A DNA stretch of 64,000 nt, from contig JAMPAI010000001.1 of NCBI GenBank assembly GCA_023667315.1, forward strand, positions 72,914 through 136,913, given 5' to 3'. Numbering within the stretch: position 1 is the stretch's first letter; every line of letters begins with the position of its first letter. The notes below the pieces were generated by a model. It worked only from the letters and a program-made list of their open reading frames with translations. It made no database searches and was not told the origin of the DNA. Source of the stretch: Ruminococcus flavefaciens (lineage in GTDB: Bacteria > Bacteroidota > Bacteroidia > Bacteroidales > P3). The position numbers were made by a program, and so were the translations under genes. This document shows, one piece after another, positions 1 to 11,556 of the stretch.

Positions 1-784
1 GGTGGTAGCCGAGGCGTTTGCCCGTTTCCTTTTCGATGATCGGGCCTATCTTCACGCCTAAGTAACGCCGTATAAAGTCGTTGTAGTCTATCTTTCCTAA
101 AAAGCAGATGCCCTGGCTGTCTTTGCGCGTGGCGCTGGGCAGTTTGGCGCTTTCGGCGATGGCGCGCACCTCGCCTTTCATCAGTCCGCCCACGGGAAAC
201 ACCAGTTTGGAGAGCTGGGCGTAGCTTATCTGGCCCAGGAAGTCGGTCTGGTCCTTCACCGGGTCTTTGGCCGTGCTCAGGAACACGCGCTGCCCTTCTT
301 CCAAGGCCTCCACGCGGTCTTTTTGTTTCGGCTGAACCGTGCAGGGGCGGTTGTTCTGATAGCAGTCGCGCATCAGGGACACGTCTGTCTTGTCGAAGAT
401 ACTCGTGGTGGCGTAGTGGCCGGTGGCGATCTTGTCGTAATCCCTGCCGTATTTTTCTTCGAACGCCCCGAACTTGATGAGCTTGTTGCACATCATGTCG
501 GGATTGGGGGTCAGTCCGCGCTTCACGGTATCGATGGTGTACTTGACCACGTTGTCCCAATACTCGCGGTGCAGGGGCACGATCTCGAAGCGGCAGCCGT
601 ATTTTTTGGCGATACAGGTGGTGATTTCGATATCCTCCTCGCTCGGGCAGTCGATAAAGCCGTCTTCCTGCTCCATGCCGATGCGGATATAGAAGATGTC
701 GGGCTCGTATCCCATTTCCTTAAGGCGGTGAACCACAACCGAGGAGTCCACCCCGCCCGAAACCAAAGCGGCGATTTTTGTCAT
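1..784 (-). CDS. mnmA: tRNA 2-thiouridine(34) synthase MnmA, 5' part only (gene runs off the left edge)
   Basis: Own translation of the minus strand from ATG 784-782 gives [36 protein letters not shown]... It has the PP-loop SGGVDSS and, later, [16 protein letters not shown]. The frame stays open to position 1, so it is not in the ORF track. ATGA start/stop overlap with rpoD. Confidence 0.85.
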   Translation of the reverse strand, partial: MTKIAALVSGGVDSSVVVHRLKEMGYEPDIFYIRIGMEQEDGFIDCPSEEDIEITTCIAKKYGCRFEIVPLHREYWDNVVKYTIDTVKRGLTPNPDMMCNKLIKFGAFEEKYGRDYDKIATGHYATTSIFDKTDVSLMRDCYQNNRPCTVQPKQKDRVEALEEGQRVFLSTAKDPVKDQTDFLGQISYAQLSKLVFPVGGLMKGEVRAIAESAKLPSATRKDSQGICFLGKIDYNDFIRRYLGVKIGPIIEKETGKRLGYH

Positions 785-1647
785 TCTCCCAAGAAAGTCT
801 TGAGATGCTTGCTGCGGGAGGAGTTCTTGAGGCGGCGGATGGCCTTTTCCTTGATCTGACGCACCCGTTCGCGGGTAAGGTCGAACTTGGCGGCGATTTC
901 GTCGAGCGTAAGGCCGTGGTGGCCGCCGATGCCGTAGAAAAGGTTGATTACGTCGCGTTCCTTGTCGGTAAGCGTGGCCAGGGCGCGTTCAATCTCGCGC
1001 GAGAGCGATTCCTTCATCAGCGACTGGTCGGTCGAAGGCGCGTCGTCCGAAACATACACGTCGATGAAGTTGGTTTCCTCGTCCTGCACCAGGGGCGCGT
1101 CCATCGAGATGTAGCGCGTGGTGATGTTGAGCACTTCGGCAATCTTTTCCTTGGGCATGTCGAGGCTGGCCGCCAGCTCGTCGATGGAGGGCGGACGTTC
1201 GTATTTCTGTTCCAGTTTGGAAGATTCCTTCTTGATCTTGTTGAGCGAGCCCACCTGGTTCAAGGGCAGGCGCACGATACGCGACTGTTCGGCCAAGGCC
1301 TGCAATATAGACTGGCGGATCCACCATACGGCGTAGGAGATAAACTTGAATCCGCGCGTTTCGTCGAAACGTTTGGCGGCCTTGATCAGCCCCAGGTTGC
1401 CTTCGTTGATCAGGTCGGGAAGGCTCAGCCCCTGGTTCTGGTACTGCTTGGCCACCGACACCACAAAACGCAGGTTCGACTTTACCAGTTTGTCCAAGGC
1501 AGCCGTGTTGCCCATGCGGATAAGCCCCGCCAGGCGAACCTCTTCTTCGGCCGATATAAGTTCTTCCTTGCCGATGTCCTGCAAGTATTTGTCCAAAGAG
1601 GCGGTTTCGCGGTTGGTAATGGATTTCGAAATCTTGAGTTGTCTCAT
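781..1647 (-). CDS. rpoD: RNA polymerase primary sigma factor (short Bacteroidota SigA/RpoD type)
   Basis: 288-aa ORF with sigma-70 region 2-4 motifs ([47 protein letters not shown]). No region 1.1. Confidence 0.95.
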   Translation of the reverse strand: MRQLKISKSITNRETASLDKYLQDIGKEELISAEEEVRLAGLIRMGNTAALDKLVKSNLRFVVSVAKQYQNQGLSLPDLINEGNLGLIKAAKRFDETRGFKFISYAVWWIRQSILQALAEQSRIVRLPLNQVGSLNKIKKESSKLEQKYERPPSIDELAASLDMPKEKIAEVLNITTRYISMDAPLVQDEETNFIDVYVSDDAPSTDQSLMKESLSREIERALATLTDKERDVINLFYGIGGHHGLTLDEIAAKFDLTRERVRQIKEKAIRRLKNSSRSKHLKTFLGE

Positions 1648-1668
1648 CGCTGTGGTTTTATGGTGTGC

Positions 1669-2754
1669 TTACTTCTTGATTCCCTTTTTGTTGAGTTCCC
1701 GCTGGTATGCCCGGGCGTTGGCCAGGTGCTGGGAGTAACTTTCCGCAAAGGAATGGGTGCCCGAAAAATCGGCCTTGGCGCAAAAGTACAAATATTTGGT
1801 GGGTTTATTCTGCAAAACGGCGTCGAGGCTCGAAACCGAGGGCGTGCAGATGGGTCCGGGGGGCAGACCGTACCTGAGGTAGGTGTTGTAGGGCGATTCG
1901 TATTTGAGGTGTTCCTTAAGGATGCGCTTCATGGCGAAGTCGCCGATGGCGAACTTCACCGTGGGGTCGGCCTGCAGCGGCATGCGCTTGCGGTAGCGGT
2001 TCAGATACACCGAGGCCACGTCGGGGCGTTCCTCCTTGTTGAGCGTCTCTTCCTCCACGATGGAGGCCAGCGTGGATACCTGCACCCGGTTCAGGCCCAT
2101 GGCGCGCGCCTGCCCGCGGCGGAAGTCGTTCCAGAAACGGTTCTGCTCGTAGTACATGCGCGCCAGAAATCCCTGGGCGTCCATGTTCCAGAAACAGTAG
2201 TAGGTGTCGGGAATAAACAGGCACAAGACCGTTTGTGTGGTAACGGGAAGGGTGTCGAAAGCCTCGTCTAAGGTTTCGTATTCCCTGGCCGGGAACCAGT
2301 AGCCGCTCAGGTACTCATCGTTCAGCAGCAGTTGCGCGATCGAGGCCGAATCGGCTTCAATCTGTCTGGACACATGCCCCGCCAGGGCTTCCGGCGTGCG
2401 GAACTTGCGCAGGGTAAGGCGTATCTGGTCCTGAAAGCCCATGCGCAGCTTGTTTACCGCCGCCTTGGCCGTGGAACCCCGCTGCAGCACGTAACGCCCC
2501 GGCTTTACGTACCGGGGATAGTCCTTGATGCGCGAGATGATCTCGAAATTGAACATGCTGATGTTGCCGCTGGCGCGCAGGCTGTCCTGCACCTGGGCAT
2601 AGGTGGCGCCCGAAGGGATGTAGAGTTCCGTGCGGTGCTTCACCGCCGAGCCCAGACCCACCGAAGCCACCGCGACCATCAGCGCGAAGATGCACACGGC
2701 TATCGCGTACAGGCCGTACTTAAGCTTTTTGCTGAATTTTTTCTTTTTCGCCAT
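1669..2754 (-). CDS. mltG: endolytic murein transglycosylase MltG (YceG family)
   Basis: 361 aa. N-terminal membrane anchor and YceG-like motifs (LASIVEEET, PLQADPTV, YNTYLRYGLPPGPI). Confidence 0.88.
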   Translation of the reverse strand: MAKKKKFSKKLKYGLYAIAVCIFALMVAVASVGLGSAVKHRTELYIPSGATYAQVQDSLRASGNISMFNFEIISRIKDYPRYVKPGRYVLQRGSTAKAAVNKLRMGFQDQIRLTLRKFRTPEALAGHVSRQIEADSASIAQLLLNDEYLSGYWFPAREYETLDEAFDTLPVTTQTVLCLFIPDTYYCFWNMDAQGFLARMYYEQNRFWNDFRRGQARAMGLNRVQVSTLASIVEEETLNKEERPDVASVYLNRYRKRMPLQADPTVKFAIGDFAMKRILKEHLKYESPYNTYLRYGLPPGPICTPSVSSLDAVLQNKPTKYLYFCAKADFSGTHSFAESYSQHLANARAYQRELNKKGIKK

Positions 2755-2757
2755 GGT

Positions 2758-4827
2758 CTAACGTATCTGCATGCCCGGTTCGGCATCGGCGGCGGGTTCC
2801 ACAAAGCAGAGCTTTCCGTCGGGGTTCTCGCTCATGAGGATCATGCCGTGCGACTCGATGCCCTTGAGCATCTTGGGTTCGAGGTTCGCCAGCAGGCACA
2901 CTTTCTTGCCCACCACCGCCTCCGGTTCGTAGTATTCTGCGATGCCGCTCACCACGATGCGGGTGTCGAAACCGGTGTTCAGGGTCAGTTTGAGCAGTTT
3001 CTTGGTCTTGGCCACCTTTTCGGCGGCGGTGATCTGCGCCACCCGCAGGTCGATCTTGCCGAAATCGTCGAAACTTACCGGTACCTTCTGCGCCTCGTAT
3101 TCGATGGCGGCGTTCTTCTTGTTGGCTTCCTTGGTGGCGTTCAGTTTGTCGATCTGCTTCTGGATGGCTTCGTCCTCGATCTTCTCGAACAGGAACTCGG
3201 CCGGGTTCAGCGGGTGTCCGTCCGCCAGCAGGAAGGTTTCGCGTGCCTTGTCCCAGGGCAGTTCCTCCATGTCGAGGATGCGGCGCAGCCTGGCCGCGGT
3301 AAAGGGCAGGAAGGGCTGGCAGAGCACGCACAGGTGGGCGGCGATCTGCAGGGAGACGTTCAGCACCGTCTTGACCCGTTCGGGGTCGGTCTTGAACACT
3401 TTCCAAGGTTCGTTGTCGGTAAGGTATTTGTTGCCCAGGCGCGCCAGGTTCATCAGCTCGTTGAGCGCCTCGCGGAAGCGGTATTGCTCGATGCTGGCGG
3501 CGATTCTCTCGGGATAGCTGCACATTTCGTCCAGCACCGCCCTGTCGTTGTCGGTAAGGGCGCCGGCTGCCGGAATCCTGCCTTCGAAATACTTGTGGGT
3601 CAGCACCACGGTGCGGTTCACGAAATTGCCGAACACGGCCAGCAGCTCGTTGTTGTTGCGGGCCTGGAAGTCTTTCCAGGTAAAGTCGTTGTCCTTTGCT
3701 TCGGGCGCGTTGGCGGTAAGCACGTAGCGCAGCACGTCCTGTTTTTCGGGAAAATCCTCCAGGTATTCGTGCAGCCACACCGCCCAGTTGCGCGAGGTGG
3801 AGATCTTGTCGCCCTCCAGGTTCAGGAACTCGTTGGCTGGCACGTTGTCGGGCAGGATATAGCTGCCCTCGGCCTTGAGCATGCACGGAAAGATGATGCA
3901 GTGGAAAACGATGTTGTCCTTGCCGATAAAGTGAACCAGCTTGGTATCTTCGGATTTCCAGTATTTCTCCCAGTCTTCCGGCCTCAGTTCCTTGGTGGCG
4001 GAGATGTAGCCGATGGGGGCGTCGAACCAGACGTAGAGCACCTTGCCTTCGGTATCGGGCAGGGGGAGCGGAACGCCCCAGTCTAAGTCGCGGGTAACGG
4101 CGCGGGGCTGCAGGCCGCCGTCGATCCACGACTTGCATTGGCCGTAAACGTTGGTGCGCCAGTCGTCCTTGTGTCCCTTGAGGATCCATTCGCGCAGGAA
4201 TTCCTCGTAGCGGTCGAGCGGCAGGTACCAGTGCTTGGTTTCCTTCTTGACGGGCGCGTTGCCGCTGATGGCGCTCTTGGGGTTTATCAGCTCGTCGGGG
4301 CTGAGCGAGGAGCCGCATTTCTCGCACTGGTCGCCGTAGGCCCCTTCGCTGTTGCATTTGGGGCAGGTTCCGGTAATGTAGCGGTCGGCCAGGAACTGCT
4401 TGTTTTCCTCGTCGTAGTATTGCCAGGAGGTCTTTTCGATGAACGAGCCCTTGTCGTAGAGCGTCTTGAAGAAAGCGGAGGCCGTTTCCTTGTGCGTGGC
4501 ACTGGAGGTGCGCGAGTAGATGTCGAACGAGATGCCGAACTTCTCGAACGAGTCCTTGATGAGCGTGTGGTACTGGTCCACGATGGCCTGCGGCGTGGTA
4601 TGCTGCTTGCGCGCCTTGATGGTGATGGGCACCCCGTGTTCGTCGCTGCCGCCGATAAAGAGCACGTCGCGCCCTTTGGCACGCAGGTAGCGCACGTAGA
4701 TGTCGGCCGGCACATACACGCCCGCCAGGTGTCCTATATGCACCGGGCCGTTGGCGTAGGGCAGTGCCGAGGTAACGGTATAGCGTTTGGGGTTGCGATT
4801 ATCAACGCCTGTATGTTGAGAATTCAT
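2758..4827 (-). CDS. metG: methionine--tRNA ligase
   Basis: 689 aa. HIGH motif (PVHIGHLAG), KMSKS-like KISTSRN, zinc knuckles CPKC...CEKC, and a C-terminal tRNA-binding domain. Confidence 0.97.
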   Translation of the reverse strand: MNSQHTGVDNRNPKRYTVTSALPYANGPVHIGHLAGVYVPADIYVRYLRAKGRDVLFIGGSDEHGVPITIKARKQHTTPQAIVDQYHTLIKDSFEKFGISFDIYSRTSSATHKETASAFFKTLYDKGSFIEKTSWQYYDEENKQFLADRYITGTCPKCNSEGAYGDQCEKCGSSLSPDELINPKSAISGNAPVKKETKHWYLPLDRYEEFLREWILKGHKDDWRTNVYGQCKSWIDGGLQPRAVTRDLDWGVPLPLPDTEGKVLYVWFDAPIGYISATKELRPEDWEKYWKSEDTKLVHFIGKDNIVFHCIIFPCMLKAEGSYILPDNVPANEFLNLEGDKISTSRNWAVWLHEYLEDFPEKQDVLRYVLTANAPEAKDNDFTWKDFQARNNNELLAVFGNFVNRTVVLTHKYFEGRIPAAGALTDNDRAVLDEMCSYPERIAASIEQYRFREALNELMNLARLGNKYLTDNEPWKVFKTDPERVKTVLNVSLQIAAHLCVLCQPFLPFTAARLRRILDMEELPWDKARETFLLADGHPLNPAEFLFEKIEDEAIQKQIDKLNATKEANKKNAAIEYEAQKVPVSFDDFGKIDLRVAQITAAEKVAKTKKLLKLTLNTGFDTRIVVSGIAEYYEPEAVVGKKVCLLANLEPKMLKGIESHGMILMSENPDGKLCFVEPAADAEPGMQIR

Positions 4828-4953
4828 GACAGCTTGTTTTTTAATGCTTTTCTTTTCGGGATAATTTTGCCACTTGGCGCATTATACGCGCCGCGAAGAT
4901 AATAAATTATCAAAGACAAGATTGGTTAACCAACACAAGAAAAAGTGTCGGAT

Positions 4954-6255
4954 ATGTCGAAAAAACATTTTTCTGCCTCCGTATTGCTGCTGGTGATAGG
5001 CATCACGCTCTTTACGCCCTTTCCCTGGAACAAGGTTCAGAGCGGCCAGCAGGAAGACTATGTGGGTCCTCAGACCGAAGAGGAAATCTTGCGCGCCCTG
5101 TACGAGAAGGCGCTCGATTCGGCCAAGTCGGCGCGTATCGACCAGATGCTCACCAAGGCCTACAGCCGGGGGAGCTTCAGTGGTCAGGTGCTGTTGGCCG
5201 AAAAGGGCAAGGTACTGTACAACAAGTGCTTCGGTTTTTCCAATATCCGCGCCCGCCGCGACTCCATCTGTCCGGAAAGCACCTTCCAGCTGGCCTCGCT
5301 CTCCAAGCCCTTCACGGCCACGGCGGTGATGTTGCTCTACCAGCAGGGCAAGATAGACATCAACAAGCCGGTAAAGGAATACCTGGAGGATTTTCCGTTC
5401 GAGGACATCACCGTGACCCATCTGCTCCAGCACCGTTCCGGGCTCAAGAACTACATCTACATAGCCGACAGATACTGGCCCAACAAGAAGCAGTACCTCA
5501 AGAACACCGACATATCGCCCCTCTTCGCCAAATACGCCAGGACGCTCGACTTCAAGCCGGGCACGCGCTTCAAGTACTGCAACACCAACTACGCGTATCT
5601 GGCGCTCCTGGTCGAGAAGGTGAGCGGCCAGCCCTTCGAGCGGTTCTTCGCCGAAAACATTTCGGAACCCCTCGGCATGGAGAACACGTTTTTGTTCGAC
5701 AGCCGGGACCCGCTCATGTCGGATAAGAAAGTGGTGAACGGCTATTCCTACTCGCGCCGCACGGGTTTCTACAAGCGCTATCCCGACTATCTTGACGGCG
5801 TGCTGGGCGACAAGGGGCTTTTCTCCACCGCCCAGGACATCTACCGCTTCGACCAGGCGCTGTACCGTTCCGATTTCCTGGCCGACAGCATCATCGAGCT
5901 CATGTTTACCCCCGCCGAAGAACTTACCGCCAGACACGACAACGACTACGGCCTGGGCTTCCGCATCCGTCAGGACACCGCCGGGCACCGCATCGTGTTC
6001 CACAACGGCTGGTGGAAGGGCTTCCGCACCTACTTTATCCACGACTACCAATGCGAACGCACGGTGATCTGGCTCAACAACCGCAGCGACGTAACCATCA
6101 ATCCCTATATCTCCAAAATTTTCGAGATCGTGGACACCTCGCAACTGCATTTCCCGGCTCCCGAACCCATGATTGCCAAAGATGAACGCTTCATGTCCGA
6201 TTCGGTGACCCAGCAGATTGCAGACGAGACCTACGGCTCGCAAGAACAAGAATAA
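4954..6255 (+). CDS. serine hydrolase, beta-lactamase/PBP4* family
   Basis: ORF 4945-6255. The ATG at 4954 is preferred over the GTG at 4945. N-terminal hydrophobic segment and SxxK motif (QLASLSKPFTA). Confidence 0.82.
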   Translation: MSKKHFSASVLLLVIGITLFTPFPWNKVQSGQQEDYVGPQTEEEILRALYEKALDSAKSARIDQMLTKAYSRGSFSGQVLLAEKGKVLYNKCFGFSNIRARRDSICPESTFQLASLSKPFTATAVMLLYQQGKIDINKPVKEYLEDFPFEDITVTHLLQHRSGLKNYIYIADRYWPNKKQYLKNTDISPLFAKYARTLDFKPGTRFKYCNTNYAYLALLVEKVSGQPFERFFAENISEPLGMENTFLFDSRDPLMSDKKVVNGYSYSRRTGFYKRYPDYLDGVLGDKGLFSTAQDIYRFDQALYRSDFLADSIIELMFTPAEELTARHDNDYGLGFRIRQDTAGHRIVFHNGWWKGFRTYFIHDYQCERTVIWLNNRSDVTINPYISKIFEIVDTSQLHFPAPEPMIAKDERFMSDSVTQQIADETYGSQEQE

Positions 6256-6259
6256 AGCT

Positions 6260-6970
6260 ATGGCTAAAGGAAGAACATTCGCCGGCATTTTGCTCATCGT
6301 TATCGGGGTGGCGGTTTTGGTGCTGCTGTTCTTATGGCTGATGGGATTCCGTTTGCCGGACACCGGATTGGAATCCTGGTTCCCCCAAGACGAGACCACG
6401 GAAACAAACGTCATGGAACGCCCCGTTATCGTGGCGCCTGTGCCTACCGGGAGCTCGGAGCTGAAAGAGTTTTACGCCAAGCATCCCCGGGTGGAGAAAC
6501 CCAAGAAAAAGGCGGAGGAAAAACTCGACACCTCGCTTTGGAAAAACGACTATTACACGAGTCCGGAAGGCGTTTCGTGGCAGAAAGACAGCAATTCGGA
6601 CAAGGTGAGGTCGGAAACCAAGACCGGCGAACACGAATACACCACCGCCGCCCCGCAGCCGCTGCCCGACGAGAAACCCCAGCCCCAGCAGTCGCTCCGC
6701 GTGGAATTCTGGGAATCGCCCGTCAACTACAAGGGCTATAAATTAGACAAGAAACAGCTTATTATTTTCGGCATCTCGCCCGACGACCCCTTGCGCTTCG
6801 AGAACCATACCGACGGCATCTGGATGCACCATAACGGAAAGGTGTATCTGCTTAAGCCCGGTGCGGGCTACATGCCTTTCGTGGAAAGGGGCGCGCAGGC
6901 CTCCGCGCAGGATTCCATCCAGGCGGTGCAGGCAGGCCTGGCCGCCGAAAAGAATGTAAAAGGCCTGTAA
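6260..6970 (+). CDS. hypothetical membrane-anchored protein
   Basis: The in-frame ATG at 6260 gives MAKGRTFAGILLIVIGVAVLVLLFLWL (a single TM). Codon usage looks like the neighbours. I recognise no family. Confidence 0.55.
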   Translation: MAKGRTFAGILLIVIGVAVLVLLFLWLMGFRLPDTGLESWFPQDETTETNVMERPVIVAPVPTGSSELKEFYAKHPRVEKPKKKAEEKLDTSLWKNDYYTSPEGVSWQKDSNSDKVRSETKTGEHEYTTAAPQPLPDEKPQPQQSLRVEFWESPVNYKGYKLDKKQLIIFGISPDDPLRFENHTDGIWMHHNGKVYLLKPGAGYMPFVERGAQASAQDSIQAVQAGLAAEKNVKGL

Positions 6971-6982
6971 ACACACCGTATC

Positions 6983-7867
6983 ATGGAACCTAAAACCAAG
7001 CTGCATATCTGCAAATACCAGGGGGCAGGCAACGATTTCGTATTGATCGACAATAGGCAGGGATTATATTCAAACCTTGAATATAAGCAGATAGCATTGC
7101 TTTGCGACCGGCGTTTCGGTGTAGGTGCCGACGGCTTGATGCTGCTGGAAAAGCATGAGAAATACCCGTTCTGCATGCGTTTCTTCAATTCCGACGGCAT
7201 GCCCGGCAGTATGTGCGGCAACGGCGGACGTTGTATCTCGGCTTTCGCCCTGAGGTTAGGTTTGGTAAAGGAAAACGAGCCTTTCGGTTTCTGGAGCAGC
7301 GACGGGGCGCATCAGGCCACCGTGATCTCGCAATTGGGCAACCGCTGCATGGTTCGCCTGCAGATGCGCGATGTAAGCTGCTATGCCTGCAACAAAGACA
7401 GGAACGTGTTTCTGTTGGACACGGGCTCGCCACACTACGTGACCTTCCGATCGGAATGTCAGAACATAGACGTGGTGGCGGAAGGTCGGAAAATACGCTT
7501 TTCGGATCATTTTCCCCTGGGGGTCAACGTGGACTTTGTGGAAAATGAAGGTTCCGCGCTCTTGGTGCGCACCTACGAACGTGGCGTGGAAGACGAAACC
7601 TTTTCGTGCGGAACGGGCGCGGTGGCCTCGGCGATGGCGGAAGCCCTGAAAGAATATGCACTTCCGGGACATCACCGAACGGACATCACCACGAAAGGCG
7701 GCCAGCTGCAGGTCGATTTCAAGCTTTCTTCCGCATCCCGGGATTCCGAAGAAAGCAATATCTTCGCCCTGCCGCCCCGTTTCTCGCTGTTGCGTAACCG
7801 CGTTTTTACCCAAGTCTTTCTGGAAGGTCTGGCCACTTTCGTGTTCGAAGCCGACATTGAACTGTAA
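6983..7867 (+). CDS. dapF: diaminopimelate epimerase
   Basis: 294 aa. GAGNDFVLID and two catalytic Cys motifs (SMCGNGGRC, FSCGTGAVA). Confidence 0.9.
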   Translation: MEPKTKLHICKYQGAGNDFVLIDNRQGLYSNLEYKQIALLCDRRFGVGADGLMLLEKHEKYPFCMRFFNSDGMPGSMCGNGGRCISAFALRLGLVKENEPFGFWSSDGAHQATVISQLGNRCMVRLQMRDVSCYACNKDRNVFLLDTGSPHYVTFRSECQNIDVVAEGRKIRFSDHFPLGVNVDFVENEGSALLVRTYERGVEDETFSCGTGAVASAMAEALKEYALPGHHRTDITTKGGQLQVDFKLSSASRDSEESNIFALPPRFSLLRNRVFTQVFLEGLATFVFEADIEL

Positions 7868-7873
7868 GATTTC

Positions 7874-8419
7874 ATGAAAGCCGAACTTTCTTCCGACAGC
7901 CTGTTCCTGCGCGCCATGGAACCGCGGGACGAGCCGTTTCTCTACGATATCGAGAACCGCCGGGAAGCCTTTGCAATGGGCGAAAACCATATTCCTTTCT
8001 CGCACGATTACCTGCAACGCTTTATTTACGCTTCCCTGCAGGAAAATTTTCTTTCGAGCGGACAGCTCAGGCTTATTGTCTGTTGCGGGGAAAACACGGA
8101 ACTTCAGCCGGAACAGGTCGTCGGCATCCTCGATTTCTTCAATTACGATTCCTTTCACCGGAGAGCCGAAACAGGCATCGTGGTCTGTCCTGGACACCGG
8201 AACAAGGGCATGGGCGAAAAAATATTGGTCTTGGCCTGCGATTACGCCCGAAACCAGTTAAATTTGCACCAGCTTTATGCCGAAGTGGCCGCCGACAACG
8301 AAAGCAGCCTTAGAATGTTCGGGAAATGCGGGTTTGAACGCTGCGGATTGCGCAGGCAATGGTTGCTGCAGGGCGGAGAATGGGTCGATACCGTGCTTTG
8401 GCAAAAGATTTTTGAATAG
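7874..8419 (+). CDS. GNAT family N-acetyltransferase (RimJ/RimL-like)
   Basis: 181 aa. Acetyl-CoA binding-like segment HRNKGMGEKIL and a C-terminal NESSLRMFGKCGFE. Confidence 0.8.
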   Translation: MKAELSSDSLFLRAMEPRDEPFLYDIENRREAFAMGENHIPFSHDYLQRFIYASLQENFLSSGQLRLIVCCGENTELQPEQVVGILDFFNYDSFHRRAETGIVVCPGHRNKGMGEKILVLACDYARNQLNLHQLYAEVAADNESSLRMFGKCGFERCGLRRQWLLQGGEWVDTVLWQKIFE

Positions 8420-8437
8420 AAAAGATACAATACGACA

Positions 8438-10006
8438 ATGAGTACCGAAAGAAAAGTGCGGGTGCGTTTCGCGCCCAGCCCCACCGGCCCGCTGCATATC
8501 GGCGGGGTGCGCACGGCCTTGTTCAACTACCTGTTCGCCAAACAGCACGGCGGCGATTTCCTGCTCCGTATCGAGGATACCGACTCCAACCGCTTTGTTC
8601 CCGGTGCCGAAGAATATATCATAGAAGCCTTTAAATGGCTCGGAATCCCCTTCGACGAAGGCGTGGGCATCGGCGGCCCGCACGGCCCCTACCGCCAGTC
8701 GGAAAGGCGCGACATCTACCGCAAATATGTGCAGCAGCTCTTGGATTCGGGCCACGCCTACTATGCGTTCGACACCCCCGGAGAACTGGAAGCCATGCGC
8801 AAGCGCCTGGAGGAAAGCAAGTCGAGCAGCCAGCAGTACGACGCCTCCACGCGCATGGAGATGAAGAACTCGCTGAGCCTGCCCGCCGCAGAAGTGAAGG
8901 CCCTGTTGGATGCCGGCACGCCCTACGTGGTGCGCGTCAGGATCGAACCGGGGCAGGACGTTACGGTAAACGACATGATCCGCGGCGAGGTAACGGTAAA
9001 TTCGGGCATCTTGGACGACAAGGTGCTCTACAAGAGCGCCGACGACCTGCCCACCTACCATCTGGCCAATATCGTGGACGACCACCTGATGGAAATAACC
9101 CATGTGATACGCGGCGAGGAATGGCTGCCCTCCGCACCCCTGCACGTGCTGCTTTACCAATTCTTCGGCTGGCAGGACAGCATGCCCCGCTTCGCCCACC
9201 TGCCGCTCCTGCTCAAGCCCGACGGCAACGGAAAGCTGAGCAAGCGCGACGGCGACCGTCTCGGTTTCCCGGTGTTTCCCCTGGCCTGGACCGACCCCAA
9301 GACGGGCGAGAAAAGCAGCGGCTACCGCGAAAGCGGCTACTATCCGGAAGCGGTGGTGAACATGCTGGCCTTCCTGGGCTGGAACCCCGGCACGGAAGAG
9401 GAACTCTTTACGCTCAGCGGGCTGGTGCAGGCCTTCAACCTCGAGAAGGTGAGCAAGTCGGGCGCCAAGTTCAACCTCGAGAAGGCGCATTGGTTCAACC
9501 ACCAGTACCTGCAGCAACACAGCAACGAAGATCTGGCCGAAAGCCTTAAGAAACGTCTGGCCGAACCCGGCATAAGGGGCGGATTGACGCGGGACGCGGC
9601 CTCTTTTTCCGATACCGACTTGCAGAAAATCGTGGGATTGGTGAAGGAACGCCTTTCGTTCCCCAAGGAACTGTGGGAGCAGGCCTATTTCTTCTTCGAG
9701 GCTCCGGAAGCCTACGACGAGAAGGTGGTGAAGAAACGCTGGAGCGAGGATATGCCGCAGATTCTGCGCGCCTGGTGTGCCGAAGCCGAAAAAAACGACT
9801 TCTCGGCCGCCGTACTCGAAAGCCTTACGCAAGAACTTATCGGCAAGAACGGCTGGAATGCCGGCAAGGTGTTCAACAGCATGCGCCTGAGCCTGGTAGG
9901 CGCCTCGATGGGCCCGCACATCTTCGACATCATGGAAATCATCGGCAAGCAGGAAACGCTTGCCCGCATAGAAACCGCCTGCCAAAAGATAGGCAGCGGC
10001 AACTAA
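8438..10006 (+). CDS. gltX: glutamate--tRNA ligase
   Basis: 522 aa. [22 protein letters not shown] (HIGH) and GKLSKRDG (KMSKS). Confidence 0.97.
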   Translation: MSTERKVRVRFAPSPTGPLHIGGVRTALFNYLFAKQHGGDFLLRIEDTDSNRFVPGAEEYIIEAFKWLGIPFDEGVGIGGPHGPYRQSERRDIYRKYVQQLLDSGHAYYAFDTPGELEAMRKRLEESKSSSQQYDASTRMEMKNSLSLPAAEVKALLDAGTPYVVRVRIEPGQDVTVNDMIRGEVTVNSGILDDKVLYKSADDLPTYHLANIVDDHLMEITHVIRGEEWLPSAPLHVLLYQFFGWQDSMPRFAHLPLLLKPDGNGKLSKRDGDRLGFPVFPLAWTDPKTGEKSSGYRESGYYPEAVVNMLAFLGWNPGTEEELFTLSGLVQAFNLEKVSKSGAKFNLEKAHWFNHQYLQQHSNEDLAESLKKRLAEPGIRGGLTRDAASFSDTDLQKIVGLVKERLSFPKELWEQAYFFFEAPEAYDEKVVKKRWSEDMPQILRAWCAEAEKNDFSAAVLESLTQELIGKNGWNAGKVFNSMRLSLVGASMGPHIFDIMEIIGKQETLARIETACQKIGSGN

Positions 10007-10015
10007 AGGCCTTGT

Positions 10016-10044
10016 GGAATAAGGCGGAAAATCCGCCTTATTCC
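10016..10044. terminator. 13-bp perfect hairpin between convergent gltX and xseB (no clear U-tract)
   Basis: ggaataaggcgga-aaa-tccgccttattcc. The right arm overlaps the xseB stop codon. Confidence 0.45.
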
Positions 10045-10256
10045 ATACCTTTCAATATCTCCTGCACCTCTTTTTCGGTGCTGCCGAGTTTCTGGCGGCA
10101 AACGGCTAACAGACCCACCGCTTCCTTAAGGTTTTCGGTAAGCTTATCTACGGTTATCTCTTCGGCGTCGAGGCTTTCCACAATCTCTTGCAGGCGTTCG
10201 AACGCCTTGTCGTAGCTCTTTTCCTTCTTGGAAGAAGTCTTGGTGTTCTTTTCCAT
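10038..10256 (-). CDS. xseB: exodeoxyribonuclease VII small subunit
   Basis: 72 aa, helical. YDKAFERLQEIVESLD is typical of XseB. It lies directly downstream of xseA. Confidence 0.85.
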   Translation of the reverse strand: MEKNTKTSSKKEKSYDKAFERLQEIVESLDAEEITVDKLTENLKEAVGLLAVCRQKLGSTEKEVQEILKGME

Positions 10257-10258
10257 GG

Positions 10259-11515
10259 TCAGTCGTTTTGGGTTTTCTGTACGCGGCTTATGATCTCGCC
10301 CTCGGCCAGCAGGGTCCTGAGGTCTTGTCCGGCCTGTACGTCCGTGGCTTTGCGTATAAGCCTGTCGCCCTGGTAGGTGAGCGAATAGCCCATTTTAAGC
10401 GTGCGTTCGGGCGAAGCGCGGTGCAGGTTTTTTTCCGTCTGCAGTAGCTCTTCCTGCCGGTTCCTTACGAATTTCAAGGCGGCCCGTTGCAGCCGTATCT
10501 GCAGTTCCAGCAGGTTTTCCCGGCGGTAGCGGAGTTTTAATCCCGGCAGCCGGAGCAGATTGCCGACCTGCGCCAGACGTTGCCTTTCGCGTTCCAGATA
10601 TGCCTGCGCCAAGGATTGAAGGCGTTCGGCGGCATCGAGCAGTTCCTGTTCAAAAGCCTCGAAGCGGCTCAGAACGAAAACGGCCAGTTCGGTGGGCGTG
10701 ATGCCGTGGAACCAGGCCACTTCCTCGCTTACGGTAAGGTTGGTGGAATGCCCGATGCCGGTAAGCACGGGAATCGGGTAAAGGCAGATGTCGCGCGCCA
10801 GTTCGTAGCGGTTGTAGGCACTTAAGCCCACTTCATCGCCTCCGCCCCGGATAATCATCACCATATCGAAATCTATCGGAAATTCCCGAACCGCCTGAAG
10901 TGCCTCCCGGATGGAGTCCACGGCCTTGTCGCCCTGCAGGAGCGCCGGAAAAAGCCTTACGTAAAAGCTGTAGCCGCGGCCGTTGCGTTCCAGCACCTGC
11001 ATGAAGTCCGAAAACCCCTTGCTGGTCTGTGCCGAGATCACGGCTATCCTGGCGGGAAGCAAGGGAAGCTCCAGCTGTCGGTTGCGTTCCAGCAGGCCTT
11101 CTTCGGCAAGGCGTTTCAAACATTGGAGACGTTCCCTTTCGAGGCTGCCCAGCACGTAGTCGGGGTCTATGTCGTGGATGTGAAGCCCCAGGCCGTAGCG
11201 CGGGTCGTATTGGATGGAGGCTGAAAACAGGATCTCGATGCCGTCTTTGAGAGGCTCGCGCACCATTTGGAGAAAGCGTTCGTTGATGCGTCGGTAGTCG
11301 CCGTTCCAAAGCGTGGCGCGCATCTGGGCGACGGTCTGGCCGTTCTCTTTTTGAAGAAGTTCGGGAAAGCAATGCCCGCTGCCGGGATAGAAATTAAGCT
11401 TATGCAGTTCGGCCTTGACCCAGAAAGGCGAGCCGTAGCGCGAGGCCAGCGTTTTCTGAATGCTCTTGCAGACATCCAGCAGCGAAAAGACGTGAACGTC
11501 GGAACCATCGGGCAT
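10259..11515 (-). CDS. xseA: exodeoxyribonuclease VII large subunit
   Basis: The ORF 10259-11632 is trimmed to the ATG at 11515 (MPDGSDVHVFSLLDV...). The longer form would overlap tRNA-Leu and its terminator. A TAtcTTTG box lies just upstream. Confidence 0.88.
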   Translation of the reverse strand: MPDGSDVHVFSLLDVCKSIQKTLASRYGSPFWVKAELHKLNFYPGSGHCFPELLQKENGQTVAQMRATLWNGDYRRINERFLQMVREPLKDGIEILFSASIQYDPRYGLGLHIHDIDPDYVLGSLERERLQCLKRLAEEGLLERNRQLELPLLPARIAVISAQTSKGFSDFMQVLERNGRGYSFYVRLFPALLQGDKAVDSIREALQAVREFPIDFDMVMIIRGGGDEVGLSAYNRYELARDICLYPIPVLTGIGHSTNLTVSEEVAWFHGITPTELAVFVLSRFEAFEQELLDAAERLQSLAQAYLERERQRLAQVGNLLRLPGLKLRYRRENLLELQIRLQRAALKFVRNRQEELLQTEKNLHRASPERTLKMGYSLTYQGDRLIRKATDVQAGQDLRTLLAEGEIISRVQKTQND

Positions 11516-11541
11516 CGTCAGAAAGGATTTGGAAACACCTG

Positions 11542-11549
11542 CAAAGATA
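11542..11549 (-). promoter_or_regulatory. Bacteroidota -7 box TAtcTTTG upstream of xseA
   Basis: Minus strand reads ccTATCTTTGcagg, 26 nt upstream of the ATG at 11515. Confidence 0.5.
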
Positions 11550-11556
11550 GGTAAAC

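Noticed and set aside
778-2271. Very long ORFs antisense to well-supported genes. Examples: 778-2271(+), 2332-4086(+), 8258-9985(-), 21288-22718(+), 25663-27447(+), 42092-43912(+), 45275-46795(-), 49772-51526(+), 58120-59340(-), 60081-61667(-).
   Set aside because: Each mirrors a gene with clear family motifs on the other strand. Their translations are Arg/Gly/His/Val/Ala-rich with no recognisable motifs. Open antisense frames of this kind are expected in high-G+C coding DNA.
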